This document shows, piece after piece, positions 1-13,390 of a DNA stretch of 64,000 nt. The position numbers and the translations under genes were made by a program. The stretch is from NCBI GenBank assembly GCA_965235115.1, contig OZ249436.1, forward strand, positions 55,182,001 to 55,246,000. The letters are read 5' to 3'. The DNA is from Laetmonice hystrix (taxonomy: Eukaryota). How positions within the stretch are numbered: position 1 is the first letter of the stretch; each line of letters opens with the position of its first letter. A model generated the notes under the pieces. It saw nothing but the letters and a program-made list of their open reading frames with translations. It did not search any database and had not been told where the DNA came from.

Positions 1-1109
1 ATTTCTATAGATGCAAGAAGAGACCTTGAAAAGAAAGCAGGGAAAATTCATCTGTTTTATGTGACGTATAGAACACTGACCTTCAAGGCTGTCAAGATTT
101 ACACAATATAACATTTCAGTACATGTACTGCATGATTTCTGCGTTTATTTGTTTTTTTCTTATGTCACTGAAAGTAAAACTGGAATAATTTACTTCTAGA
201 TGTTAAAATAAAACCAATGGCTAACACAACAAATACAAATAAGTGTTTTCTGCTCGTAGATTTATGTGTCAAGTCATACGATAAGGAGAGCAAACACTTT
301 CTAACTTGACACATTACACTGGGGTCGGAGGGTGGCAGTGGGTTCGGGGCGAGGAGACGATGTTGTTTGGTTCAAATAGCCTTCTACTACGAGCTAGTGG
401 GCGTACAAGTTCCAGACTACCAATTTCTTATGCTTGATCTTTCAGCCTACTCTGATATCATCACAAACAAATCTTTGTTATAATTTCCAGCGTGCTATGT
501 TATTTTGGATTATTACCATGACTTAAATCAATCCAATACAACTAGACTTTAGACAGTTCCTTTGTCGCATACATTCAGTAAATAGGTAATATTGACCAAA
601 TCATTGTGTGCTATTCAAAGTTTAAAAAAAGGAGAAATTGAGCAGTAATATATTGATGAGGCTGAATTCTACAATAACAATTTAACTGGATGGGATCACT
701 TTAAGGTGGCCATACAGAAAGTGTTGATAATACATACCATATAGCTGAGCCATATCAAACCAAAAGAGTTCTATGGCTGATGCATTCCAACACACAGTTA
801 AAACGTATCTAACAGACACACTTGAATTGAATCTAATCCAACTCATATACCAAAATATATGTTGAGGAATCCTGTACAGTCCTAACCATCCCCTGCCAGA
901 GTTCAAGTGTGTGACATTATAAACAGATGAGTGATCACTATCACCTGACCAGTGGAGAAATACAAACGAATGTTGCAACCTATTCTCATGACTGAAGTTG
1001 TAAAACTTCTTGTTCACCAAATTATACGTTCTTTAACAAGTTATACTTTATATATCATATACATGTACATTGTATAGGTTTCCTAGAAAAACACTTGTCG
1101 TATGACCAC

Positions 1110-1292
1110 GGCCCAGCTGTTCAAGAATTCTTAAGTACGCAATCTTTAGTAAAAATAGCTGAGTAAGCGTAATGAAGTCGGTCTCACCATGCTTGAGATT
1201 AAGTACGAGCTAAACATTTGGACAACACTATTCTCTCAGTGAGTAAGATAACTTACTCAGGTACTGCGTGAGAATGTTTGAACAGCTAGGCC
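1110..1292. mobile_element. PIF/Harbinger-like MITE downstream of the DCUN1D3 stop
   Basis: TIRs ggcccagctgttcaa ... ttgaacagctaggcc; no clean TSD. Confidence 0.55.
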
Positions 1293-1734
1293 CCAATGAA
1301 GTGGTAAAGAATACTACTTTGGCCTCCTTGGTTGTATGTACCCTTCCAAACTTTTACTTTTTTCGTTCTAGAACTGGCAATTCTCATACACCCCAGATTG
1401 ATTAGTGATAATTGCAGTTTCTTACCATTGCTGTTGACTAGAGCTATATATAATCATTGTGAATGACTTTGTCAATTTCTAACTGTCATCATTTAACCCT
1501 TACAAAATCACAGAACAGCTGAACACCATTAATTCTTTATAAGAATTATTTCCACCCCAATAAATATTCCTCTCTTTTAGCTATTAAGTTAAGTTTTGCT
1601 AAGGTTTACCATGATTCTCTGGGCTTTGACTTGCAAAACCAGCTAAACAACCAATACAACCATCTGCAACCCAGCCTGACTAATTCTTCCTTTTGATAGT
1701 AAATGGACTTGTACTAAAGACATGTTAACTTTCA

Positions 1735-2703
1735 TCATTCGACCACTACCTTTTCTTTATCTGGCGTCAAGTTCTGGTTTTCACGGTCGTTTTCGTATTC
1801 CACAAAATCATCAAAGAGACTTGGCCAAGCCTCTGTGTCATCGTAACTACTGAGATCCTCTCCCACTGCATCTGAGAAGTTCAAGAACATATCCCAAGTA
1901 TCTTTTGGGATGCCGCGAATGTTGGGATGCCTCTCCAGGAAGAGTAGCCACCGTTTTAAAATGGACGGTTCATGCTTTGAGAACACCAGCCTCCACAGGC
2001 TGATGGCCATGTCAACAGGTAAAGTCCGCTGTCCTACATCCGAGTCAAGACCAAATTTGTACGTCCATCGGTAAAACTCCTTGAAGGTCTGCTTATTTTC
2101 TACCTCTTGCAGCATTTCAGGAAACTTCAACTGGATACCTTTCATTGAATCAACTCGGAGTTTGCGACATCCGCTGACAAATTCGTTGTGGGTGAATCGA
2201 CACATTGTTTCTGCTTCAAACTTCCATGCCAGGACAAGGACTTTGAATTCCTCAGGTCTTACTTCTAAATCATTGCACATATTTTCTATACCGTCTGCAA
2301 GGATGCAGTCTTCTTCTGGGTCTTTATACTGCTCAAAGAGTGAATGAATTTTGCTTTCTGAGAAGTCCCTCGATGTAAGAGAAGTCCACTTAGAAACATC
2401 TGTTCCGCTGGGCTTGCGTATTGGGGGCAGTTTAGGGTATGGCGTAAACATCTTGCGATCACCGTTGGTCTGGGGTTTGTTCAGAAGGATGTCGCTGCTA
2501 CTGATCGGAGGTGGGGGTTTGGGTTCATGCTGGTGACTACTCTGATGGTGATGGTGGTGATGGTGGTGATGGAACGGCTGGCTTGACATCAATACACTCT
2601 GGGACATCACTGTGCTGGTGGTCTTAGGAGGCGTGGTGCTGCCAGGGTGCCCATTGTGGGTTCGCTCATCTTCTGGCTCACAGCATGAAAGGCACTTCCC
2701 CAT
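1735..2703 (-). CDS. DCUN1D3: DCN1-like protein 3 (cullin neddylation co-E3), single coding exon
   Basis: 322-aa ORF. N-terminal MGKCLSCC myristoylation/palmitoylation-like motif typical of DCUN1D3. PONY domain (LFEQYKD..EDCILADGIE..CNDL, VLVLAWKF, DTWDMFLNF) with DAD-patch C-terminus YDDTEAWPSLFDDFVE. Confidence 0.95.
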   Translation of the reverse strand: MGKCLSCCEPEDERTHNGHPGSTTPPKTTSTVMSQSVLMSSQPFHHHHHHHHHQSSHQHEPKPPPPISSSDILLNKPQTNGDRKMFTPYPKLPPIRKPSGTDVSKWTSLTSRDFSESKIHSLFEQYKDPEEDCILADGIENMCNDLEVRPEEFKVLVLAWKFEAETMCRFTHNEFVSGCRKLRVDSMKGIQLKFPEMLQEVENKQTFKEFYRWTYKFGLDSDVGQRTLPVDMAISLWRLVFSKHEPSILKRWLLFLERHPNIRGIPKDTWDMFLNFSDAVGEDLSSYDDTEAWPSLFDDFVEYENDRENQNLTPDKEKVVVE

Positions 2704-2942
2704 TGGTCAATATGTAGCCAATCAGAAGGCTTGGCGCTAATTGCTGCTGCTCTTGAAGTTATATGGTATTTCCTGAGACTTAACACCTGGAAGAGTCCCT
2801 GAAAAATAATACGGAGGAAAACAGAATCAGCTTTCAGTAATATAATGCTTCGTGTAAATGTGGTCAATCTGAGGGTCTTGAGAGAATCTACCTGGATTAA
2901 AGTTCTCATTGTGACAGCCTACGTTCAGAATTCCAAATCTCA
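2704..2942 (-). other. DCUN1D3: 5' UTR part of the DCUN1D3 coding exon
   Basis: Minus-strand polypyrimidine tract and acceptor ttcccatctcatctctactcag| with AG at 2944-2943. Confidence 0.55.
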
Positions 2943-5670
2943 CTGAGTAGAGATGAGATGGGAATTTTCAAAAATTATTAATCTAACTGAGTAGAAAACC
3001 AGGATGTAAATTTGAACCAACGGTCCAACATTAGGATGACATCAGATTTCTAATCTCAACCAACTTGACAACAAGTTCCCAACACTTTGTCTAGGTGTAT
3101 ACGATGTATAATTTATAATCATATCACAACACATTAAATCATGACACATTGTACATGACAACACATAGCTTGGACTTGGGGACACAGTTTGGGCAAATAC
3201 TAACTACATGTAGTAGTAGGTTGCCACTTAGTCAGGCCTGGCATTCACTTGCTCATTGCCCACTCCGCTGACTTCGAACGGCAAAGTCTGTAGTTAATAA
3301 AAACAACGCAAACTATTCTGGCAAAGCATAGTCCAAACTCCCCAAATCTGAGAACTCCAAATAATGCCTTAGGAAAGGAAACATCGCCTGATGCGCACAG
3401 ATGACTGGATGAGGCCATCTGGCGGTAACTGATGAGAGTACATGTCCACCTGGCGGCCAACATTCGAACGTCTGACTCTCAGTACTTATGACAGGGCGGT
3501 ATCCTCCGCGGGCGCAATGACGTAGCACGCCTATCTGGTTAATTGACACTACCCCTCTGGGATTTCCGGGCAGGCTACGGCCCTGTATGGTTGACAATGG
3601 TATAGAGGAACCCCATTTAATATCTCAATAATCCCTTGGGTGGTGATATGAAGTAAACGAGAAAAACCTTGCTAAATAATAACTGTAAAAGGATTCACCT
3701 GAATAAGGAGACGTTGACAGGTCGGAGTTAGGTCTGAGTGACTGACAGCAAAACGAGAACAGACCAGATTCTACCTACTACTTCCCCCACACGCAACACA
3801 AATCAGGTAACTTCATGACATGAGCAGCTTACTCGTGACACTTCACACCACGTTCACTGTGTTCGTCCACACTGGGAACAGGTCTAGGAAGTGAGAGTGA
3901 TCTCCTGGGTTTTAACAATTTTTGTTACGACATGTATGACGTTCTTGGCAGCATTTAGCAAACAATATCTAGCTTCCCAGGCGACACATTTATAAATAGA
4001 TAGTTCACCCACTGAATTTGATAGTACATGTAGGTCCTACACTGAAATATAAAACACCCAGATCTTTTTTCTTCAGTATACATCTAATGAATGTTCAAGA
4101 GGGTAGGCAATATTTTGAGATAGAACTCTCATCGTATACCGGTAGGTTGCTATAAATATATCACTTCTAGGCCATACATGTACTTATTTGATAAATTTAT
4201 CCGTTTACACACATTTTCTAGACTTATGTGAAGGTAAAAAGACCTTGGAAATTGTATGAGTGGAGAGGCGTTTTTAAAGGCAGTTATGCCATGTTTCTTT
4301 TATAACATGTTTTATAATAAATTTTGGACTACAGTATTTTCATAAAATCATTAAAATTGGTGTCACGAAAAAAAAGAAGAAATTTACACACATACACACA
4401 CACATACACGATTTGCGCACACATTTTGACTTATTTAGTCAATGAAAAAAGGGGATAGAAATTCGTTTGAGCAATTGTTAGACTATAGAAATTACTTGAT
4501 ATATGAACATAATTGGGCGGGTTTTTTAAAAAATCATCTTATCCTTTGCCTCAATTCTTCACTTCTCAGCATAAAGGCAAACCAAGTTAACATTTGATTT
4601 CCACTTTATTATTAAAGTGGATGAAAAAATATCTGTGCAAGAATTCCTTACGTGCCACAACTCATGAACATGCGCCATGATACACCATGTTAGAGTCAGC
4701 CATGAAAGTGTCATGCAACAATACGAAAAGGCTACTAGAATCAGGTTGCTGACACATGGCGATTATCTTCAGCATTTTCTTCCTTGATTAAATCTAAACT
4801 GACTTCCTTAAGTTCCTAATGATCAAACTTAGGGAGCGATAGTCTGGCAAACATTGACATCAGAGGCTAAAATTAGACACCTGCAAAGTACTGGGAGTAA
4901 AGGAAAGTTCCTGACATTAGAAGTAGAATTTTATTTTTACTAAACAGTATCAAATTGCTCCTGGTTTACAGAGTTGGCAAATCTCTACCATAGAGAACAA
5001 CTACGAGTGAAGTTGAGGTTGAAGATTTTGTGGCTTTGGTCAGATGATTGGGCACTTTGTGTGGATGACACTGTACTTTAAACGAGCCTTTAAACTGTTT
5101 CAAATTTAAGCAGTGGTTTTACTTTTTGCACACATTTCATATGTACGATACGGTAGTTGCCCAAAGGCCATTCGTGGAACATGTGCCAAAATTGTGCCTT
5201 GCGACGATGCTTTCAAACAACAGTAAATTCTCCGTGCCGGTTGCACTTACTCACCTCCTAGTTGTAGTTCTGTATATCACAGGCAGAGCGTGCTATCTGT
5301 CCATGGGTCGCCTTGTCCTGTCTGCGTCCTGGGTCTGAACGCCTACACATCTGTCCCTCTCCTCCACTCCACGACTGGTTATGACTGTAACAACAGGCCA
5401 ACCCTTACACAAACACGATAATCTCAAAAACCACAAAGGATACACTTCCTAGTCTACTGGTTTACATAATATTGACAGCTCTTAGCTGTGGAGTGGCTAT
5501 CAGAATGCAGAGTCAACATCTAACTGGATAGACCGCCAGACAAAAGGCACCCCCACCCCCACCCCCACCAGTGCCCCCCTCCCCTTATAATTTGTAACCA
5601 GCATGACTGCCGAACATACTGTTAGAAAGGTTCCGGGAAAGAACTAAGTTTTTCTTTATGTTGGTCTGAG

Positions 5671-5698
5671 CAACGAGTATAGAATTCTATACTCGTTG
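5671..5698. mobile_element. 28-bp perfect palindrome with 7-bp TSD (TIR-only remnant or excision footprint)
   Basis: gtctgag|caacgagtatagaattctatactcgttg|gtctgag. Confidence 0.65.
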
Positions 5699-8600
5699 GT
5701 CTGAGCTACTAACGCCTCTGCATGTCAAAACATGAACTGCGCCATGATGATGATCACATAACAGGCGTTTCCAGACAGTTGGAAGAAACCCCTCTGGTGA
5801 TTATTGATCAATACCAGTGACCTTCTGTAGCATGAGGCTATCCACCTCATCACAATGAATCTTAAAGTGTCAACAGACTTGCAACTAGACTATATTATTA
5901 TCTGCATCTAAAGGCAATGAAGGGCAATTTACCCTACATGTTTTAGAGCAATCCCTTCTAAGGTGCATGGCTCTTTTAAATCAAGTTTTAAATGCCTGCA
6001 TCCTACCTCGAGCAAAACGCGGAAAAAAATCCAGGTCAGCAATATTGACATAAATTGGGTTTACTCTACCAGGACATCGTAAGATTACCATTATAAGTTT
6101 ATAGTGTGTGACATTTGGCCTAGAGTGGCGGTGGAGTGCGACAGATGGCATCGGCAATAAGTTTGTAGACAACCCCCCTCCACCCCCCACCACTACCAAC
6201 AACTTCCCAGCTGTCTCTTCCCACCCTCCCAACCACCTCACACCTGAACAATGCAGTCAACTTCCTGATGGACCGAAACGTCAGTGTAATGTCCACAAAC
6301 ACACCACAATTAACCTGCTAATTTACTCCAGCGAACATCCACGAAATCTGCACTACATTACCCACACCATCCACGGCATGGCTGTACATGCTAGGCGCAG
6401 GAAATACTCTTGTTGCCAACATACATTTTGTCACGACTTGCTGTCTGTGGTTCGTCTTTGTCCACCATTTTACAGCCTTTGTCATCCTACATGCCCATTG
6501 CTCATAGTATTAAACCCACAAATAGGTCAGTCGTCCCTGCTCTCCTCAGCCCCTCCCTCATCATGGTGGCTTTCATCATGATGTCCAATTATCACAATCA
6601 TCACCAATTACAGCTCGAAATGACATGAACTTTGAGTAAATGACGCCCACATACAAAGTTTGACATCTTCAGTTCAGGACCGTGCTCTACTAGAATTTCA
6701 ACTTGAAATGAACTTAGTTCTTTCTAAAATGTGAAAGGTAGTTCACAAATTAAAAAGATCAGTTGAGTAACACAACATTTTAGCATCTAGGTCACCTGAT
6801 CGGCTGATAATCAATATTACGTTGAATTATGATCTATGGATCTCGAAGTGATTTAAAAGTACTGAAAAATCATCAATGATTACTAGTACATGTAGTACAA
6901 TAAGTACTCATTCTCACATTCCAGCATAAACACGTTGATGAAATAATCTAGCCTTGTCACAGAAACAGTAATGATATATAAAGAATATTTCCTTATTACT
7001 TTCATTACTGATAGTTTAAACCTAAATTTAGACTCTGACTTTGTGTGGATGTGTAGATAAGGCTGCTATCAATCATGTCAAAGGAGTGGCAAGGATTAAA
7101 AGATTTCTTCTAGTTCTAATAGTCCCTTAGTTGAATGACGCTGACCCTGCCTTCAAGAAAGCCTAGAAATGTCACCGTGTCAGTTCCTGCCATTTTTACT
7201 ACCGCTACATAACCTAGTTCAAATGCAAAGAAGAAAATTGCCCTAATACTGCATCCTTTTTATCCCGTCAAGCTGACCCTTCCTTTATCCAACTAAATGA
7301 GGCTAAATTTGGTTATTTTCGTTCCCTTGTTTTACAGACCTAAAGTTATTTTAAACGATGTTCTAGATGGGTTCTTATCTTAATCAAAACCAACAAGTTA
7401 AAAGAAAAGTGTTCAGCATCACCAATGTATAGAGCTTTGTCATTTATAAGTCTAATATATTGCACATCTGCATGGTGAACCTATGAGACAGTCATCATGT
7501 ATTCCCTGGTACATTGTATGACGATTCAGTATATTCTACTATTCTACACAATTTGGAAATAAGTCAATAATAGGCAATAATATGTCAAGAGGTATTCTAT
7601 TTTTTACGCTCTTAGTCAATAGATAGTCATTGGACATTTCAAAGGTTATTTCAAAGTTAAACTACGTACATGTACATCAATTTAATGTATACCCCCAGAA
7701 ATGGGGAAATCGAATGAAATTCAACATTCCAGTTGCCTGTTGTCGCTAATGGCTATGAAGCGATCGTCTTATGGCTGTTTGTTGACAAAACCATTGACCT
7801 GGCATTGACTTGAACAGCCAATGAAATTCATCGGAGGATAAACCAATGAATTGCATTGGCTGTTCCAACACCAAACTCCCATAGATTCATGGAACGATAC
7901 ATTATAAAATAATCAGCTACTGTGTCATTTTCATGTTCTGAAATTTTTTACACAATGTGTGTCCAGTGTAAGTCACTTTAATTTCGCGTGTTTAAAATAT
8001 CACGTTTTTTGGGGGCTGATTTTTAATTCTGTTCTGACAAGGGCACTGCCGTCAAAAAGTAATTATGAAATATATGCAATCTTCAGTCATCAATGTCAAA
8101 GCTACTCATCCTTCCAGCCGAGCAGGGCTCAACGTTGAAAATTGCGCGAAATTATTTGCATAACCCAAACTCCATTCATGCAAACTCACTGGTTCTGTTG
8201 AAATAAAAACAATAATTGGCGATCTTTTAATGTCTCCTTTGGCATGCTTCATATTGCTATGTTTATTGAATATTAAAGAAATCTATAAAATATGTAAGTA
8301 ATACCGAGTCTTTTACTGAGTTCACGTAGCCTAATCAGTTTTCTATGGGTTAAATGCAAAATTATTGGGTTACCTGAAAAATATTTGCGGGACCCAATTA
8401 TTATGGGTTACGCACATTTTCAATTTTCAGAGGCCCGCGTTAAGCACGGACCGGTGGACCGACCACTCAATCTAAAATTAGCCCAGTCCAGTGATGGCGC
8501 TGAGGGACTGGACCGGGCTATCCAGTGATTCTGAAGAGAGGTTTTATTAAACTTAAAGATCTTCTCTAGATAGATCCTACCATTTCCCCCACTTTGTCCC

Positions 8601-9117
8601 CAATACTTCCTGTTGTTTGTCATTTTTGTGCCTTGTTGTATAAACCATAAGCACCTATGCAGTTTATGATAAAAAGCTTCATCTTGTGCAAATTGACAAA
8701 GAATGTAACAACGAAGACGTTCTTTGTCTTGCCGCAAACTGGTCTGGCCACAGTGAAAGTACATGTATCTCTGACCAGTAAGTGGCAGTACAGCTCTCAT
8801 CCCAAACCACTGGACCAGGTAAAAATTCCTTATTTGGGGCACTGCAGAGGGCAGTGCTTCTGTTTGTTTCTGTTTTTCAAGAGTTTAATATAAATTTGGC
8901 ATTTTCTTAATTTAGGTAGGAAAATTTCAAAATTTGGACCTAAATTTAGTGCATTTTTGGTGGTATTTCAATCTATAAAAGAAATCTGCGAATCCACGGA
9001 AAATGAATGTCTGTGAATGCTATCATTATCACATTAAAGTATTCACACTTCAAAGTTCAATCATGTTAACATAGATGTCCAGGTAAAGTTACCGTACTCG
9101 TAATGAAACAGTCTCAC

Positions 9118-9342
9118 CTGTATTCTCAGCACAGCAGCAGAGCTGCAGGTGTCCGCAGGTGTCTGCAGTGCTCTTTGTGCTAAATACAGGTATAGGTCCT
9201 GTTACATTACCACATTGGAGCAGAGGCCACCAGTTTCATCAGTTGTGTCAAAACTGTCATGCTTTTTGTGAAATATCATTTTGCAACTGTAGTCTCTGTC
9301 TGACCTCAAATTCTGAAGATCATCACCCACTGTTGGTCCAGC
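9118..9342 (-). other. Possible non-coding 5' UTR exon of DCUN1D3
   Basis: Strong minus-strand donor CAG|GTGAGA at 9117; acceptor (tttaacag| at 9343) is weak, so the upper boundary is uncertain. Confidence 0.3.
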
Positions 9343-10110
9343 CTGTTAAATGTTACTGAACATTCTAAGCTAGTGAAATAGTGTACTATAATATGGACCT
9401 TTACTATATAGACATAGTAAAACCGGCCCCTGGACGGACTAGTGCAGCCAGTGCTTTCACTAGCCCCCCACAATTCCTACTAGCCTAGACTCAGGCTTCG
9501 AGTTAGCAGCTAACGTCGCAGACTGATCATATCGTTTGTCTTGTATTGTGATACGTATCCTATCGTGACACTAAGAGTAAGAGTCAAGTTACAAAGACAA
9601 GTCATTGTATCATTTTAAACGGCCCTGGACTTATTAGTTAGGTATAAAAGTAGAAGGATATATTAGCTATTCCTGGATACCGACTAGACTACATGTACAT
9701 AGATAGCCTAGAGTACGAGTAGGGCTAGGCCTAGCTTTGACTGAGTCAGGGCCTATAATATTATTGCGAGGCCTATCACTCAGTATCACTGAGGCAAGGC
9801 CCTAGCTAGCCTAGACCTCAGTCTGGCTCAGACACAGTGATCAAATACACAACCAAGCAGGCACAATCTAGGTCAGTTCCACATTTCAACCCAGCACATG
9901 CCCCTATGTTAGTATGTATGGCCACTCATGTGTATAATTGCAGCTTGGATGCAAACTAGGAAAGTACATGGAGGGCGGTATGTGAGTACGACTCTGCATC
10001 CCCCCAAAAAAGATGAACGTCTGACTCTGAGCACACACACACAGCGAGGGAGCAGAAGAAGCGAGGTCGACGTTTGACAGCAATGCTAACGCCAATAGAA
10101 TCGAACCTAC

Positions 10111-10400
10111 CAAATCTTCGGCGACTCCTTCACCCAACTCCTGTCGAGAACTAGGAATTCTCGGTGAGCTGCGTCTTTCTTCATGCATGTGTAACCAGTT
10201 CGGAGTTTACGGCCCAAATATTTGGGATCAACATCATTGTCTGACGCTCGTCTTGGCAATGTTTTGTTCCTGAAGAACGAAAATATGGTGGATTTCCTGT
10301 GGATGCTGACGTCACGACCGACATGCATGCGAACGAGGCCGATGGGACGCGCTGAATCCGAACTCGGCCTCGTCTCGTCGGCACAGACTTGCCGACCAGC
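10111..10400 (-). promoter_or_regulatory. Candidate DCUN1D3 promoter/first exon with canonical CRE
   Basis: CpG-rich unique segment, perfect TGACGTCA at 10307-10314, donor-like TTG|GTAGGT at 10110. Inference only. Confidence 0.4.
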
Positions 10401-11749
10401 GTTAGCAGGTGCCCCCGGATATGCCTAGATGCTGGCCTGGATGATGGAAGGCCATGGATACAGGCTGGGGCGGCAGCCTGTCCAGGGCCGGCTAGGTCAC
10501 GAGTGCGGTGAACTCAAGGGTCCTAGCCTAGCCTATTAGGCCTATAGCCTAGCTGATTAGCCTATTTTGCCTAGCTAGCACGGGTGGGCGAATTTATAGG
10601 ATTATAAATGGAAAAGGGGGCGTGGGATCAGATGGAAGGGGGGGGGGGCGTGCCCGCCCGCCTGATCCCGCCCATATGAGGGCAGGCCTTGCCTATAGGC
10701 TAGGCCTAGGCCTATAGACTGCACAAATGTCATGTCATAGGCCAAGAGTAGGCCCCCTATTAGGTAGGCCTATAACCTGGAATAAATTGGTAACAAGCTG
10801 ATTTTTTTCTGAAAAGATGCCCAAATATGTTCTCTATCACATAGCCTATTAAAAGTCCCCGAAAATCCTCTTTGTGCTAACTCGGGAATTCAAGATGGCG
10901 TCCAAGATGGCTGCTATTCCCAATTGGTAAGGGGGTGAACACTGCATTTTATAGTGCAAATGTCTAACTTGGCATGATTGGTCCTTAGGGCAAAAGGAGG
11001 TCAGGGGTCAGAAATCCATCTGCAGGGTTATTTTGACATTTGGCGGCCATTTTGACCCTCAAATCCAAGATGGCCGCCAGCAACCATCTGAAATCTAGCT
11101 TACGGTACATGTTGTACATGGTTCTTACCCATGGCGATTCACTTTTGGCATAATCTCCACCCGTAAATTGACTTTTTTCAGTGTATAATTTTTTTCCTAG
11201 GAGGTTCTGGGACAGAGGAATCGGTCACAAGAAAAAAAGAATGATTGGCCGCGCCTTCATTTGCATAAATTAAATATGGCCGCCATCTTAACACGAATTT
11301 GAGCTATTCTGGCTATATCGCAATGTCAAAATGGAATTTTACTCTTTGTAAAGTACTGTTCAGGGGATAAATGACGTACACAATCTTTTTGCAGTGATAC
11401 ATATTCTAATTGGTCCACCCCTCATTTGCATAAATCCAATATGGCCGCCATCTTACCCATTGTAAGTCACTTTTGGCATTATCTCCAACTGTAAATTGAC
11501 TTTTTTCATTATGTAAATTATTTTTAGTAGGTTCTGGGAATCGGTTCCTAGAAGAAAAAGAGTGATTGGCTCGCTCCCTCATTTGCATAAATTAAATATA
11601 GCGCCATGTTAGCCAGAACTCGAGCTATTCTGGCTATATCTTCACGTCAAAATGAGTTTTACTCATTAAAAAAGCTCATTTGCAATATGTAGTCTATTTC
11701 TTGTGGCAAGAAAGTGAAGTGGTAAGCAATCTCTGTTGATATTGTTGCC

Positions 11750-13390
11750 AGTGAGGGCTCTCTACATGTTTTGACTGAGCTTAGACTGAAACAAACACTA
11801 CAGTGAGGGCTCCCAACATGTACTGCCTGGCCTTATACTCGAGCAAACACTACAGTGAGGGCTCACTACATCCACTGACTGATCTTATACTCGAGCAAAC
11901 ACTACAGGGACGGTTCCCTCCATGTAATGACTGGCCATTGGCTGCAGCAAACCATACAGTGAGGGTTCACTACATGTAGTGAGCGGCGTCATACTCGAGC
12001 AAACACTATGTGAGGGCCCCCAACATGGACTGTCTGGCCTTATACTCGAGCAAACACTACACTGAGGGCTCTGTACATGGATTGACTGAGCTTAGACTAA
12101 AGCAAACACTACAGTGAGGGCTCTCTACATGTATTGGCTGGCCTTATAGACTGGAGCAAACAGTACAGTGAGAGCTCCCAACATGTACCGTTTGGCCTTA
12201 CACTCGAGCAAACACTACAGTGAGGGCTCTGTACATGGATTGACTGACCTTAGACTGAAGCAAACACTACATGTGCAGTGAGGGCTCTCTACATGTATTG
12301 GCTGGTCTTAGGCTGGAGCAAACACTACACTGATGGCTTCCTACATGTATTGACTGCGCTTGGGCTGGAGCAAACACTACAGTGAGAGCACCTTATACTC
12401 GAGCAAACACTACAATGAGGGGTCACAACATGTACTGACTGGCCTTATACTCGAGCAAACACTACAGGGAGGGTTCCCTCCATGTAATGACTGGCCATGG
12501 GCTGCAGCAAACCGTACAGTGAGGGTTCACTACATGTAGTGAGTGGCGTCATACTCGAACAAACACTACAGTGTGGGCTCCCAACATGGACCGTCTGGCA
12601 GTAAACACTACAGTGAAAGGTCACCACATCGACTGACTGGCCTTATACTCTAGCAAATAATAGAGTGAGGGTTCTCTACATGTATTGGCTGGCCTTAGAC
12701 TGGAGCAAACACTACAGTGAGGGCTCCCTACATGTATTGACTGCCCTAGGCCTGGAGCAAACACTACAGTGAGGGCTCCCAACATGTACCGTCTGGCCTT
12801 ATACTCGTGCAAACACTACAGTGAGGGGTCACCACATGTACTGACTGGCCTTATACTCGAGCAAAGACTAACAGTGAGCGCAAAAGGCCAGACAGTACAT
12901 GTTGGGAGCCCTCACTGTAGTGTTTGCTCGAGTATAAGGCCAGTCAATACATGTAGGGAGTCCTCACTGTAGCGTTTGCTCCAGCCCAAGCGCAGTCAAT
13001 ACATGTAGGGAGCCATCACTGTATTTTTCTTTTGAAATGCACGGGCATCAGGGGTAACCCAATTACTTTGACAATGTCCCTAAAGAGAAAAGTTGTATAG
13101 TCCTCTACAGGAATCGAACCCAGGCCCTAAGATTACTGCACCCATTCGCATAGCATAAGGTGTCGAATCCATGTAGAGTAGTGTTTGCTCGAGTATGACG
13201 CCACTCAATACATGTAGGGAGCGTTCACTGTACTGCTTGCTCCAGCCGAAGGGCAGTCAATACATAGAGGCAGCCCTCACTGTAATGTTTGCTCCAGCCC
13301 AAGGGCAGTCAATACCTGTGGGGAGCCCTCACTCTAGTGTTTGTTTCAGTCTAAGTTCAGTCAAAACATGTAGGCTAAGGGAGCCCTCAT
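11750..13390. repeat. ~51-bp minisatellite in two head-to-head blocks inside the Academ element
   Basis: Unit ctcgagcaaacactacagtgagggctcccaacatgtactg.ctggccttata; orientation flips at about 12880. Confidence 0.9.
13024..13177 (-). mobile_element. tRNA-derived SINE-like fragment inserted in the minisatellite
   Basis: Minus-strand B-box cctgggttcgattcc near 13110-13124; interrupts a repeat unit with gta duplicated. Confidence 0.4.

Noticed and set aside
682..1020. 112-aa ORF downstream of DCUN1D3
   Set aside because: Non-ATG start, no homology; probably 3' UTR.
13100..13170. tRNA gene
   Set aside because: Only a B-box-like motif; no cloverleaf could be folded.
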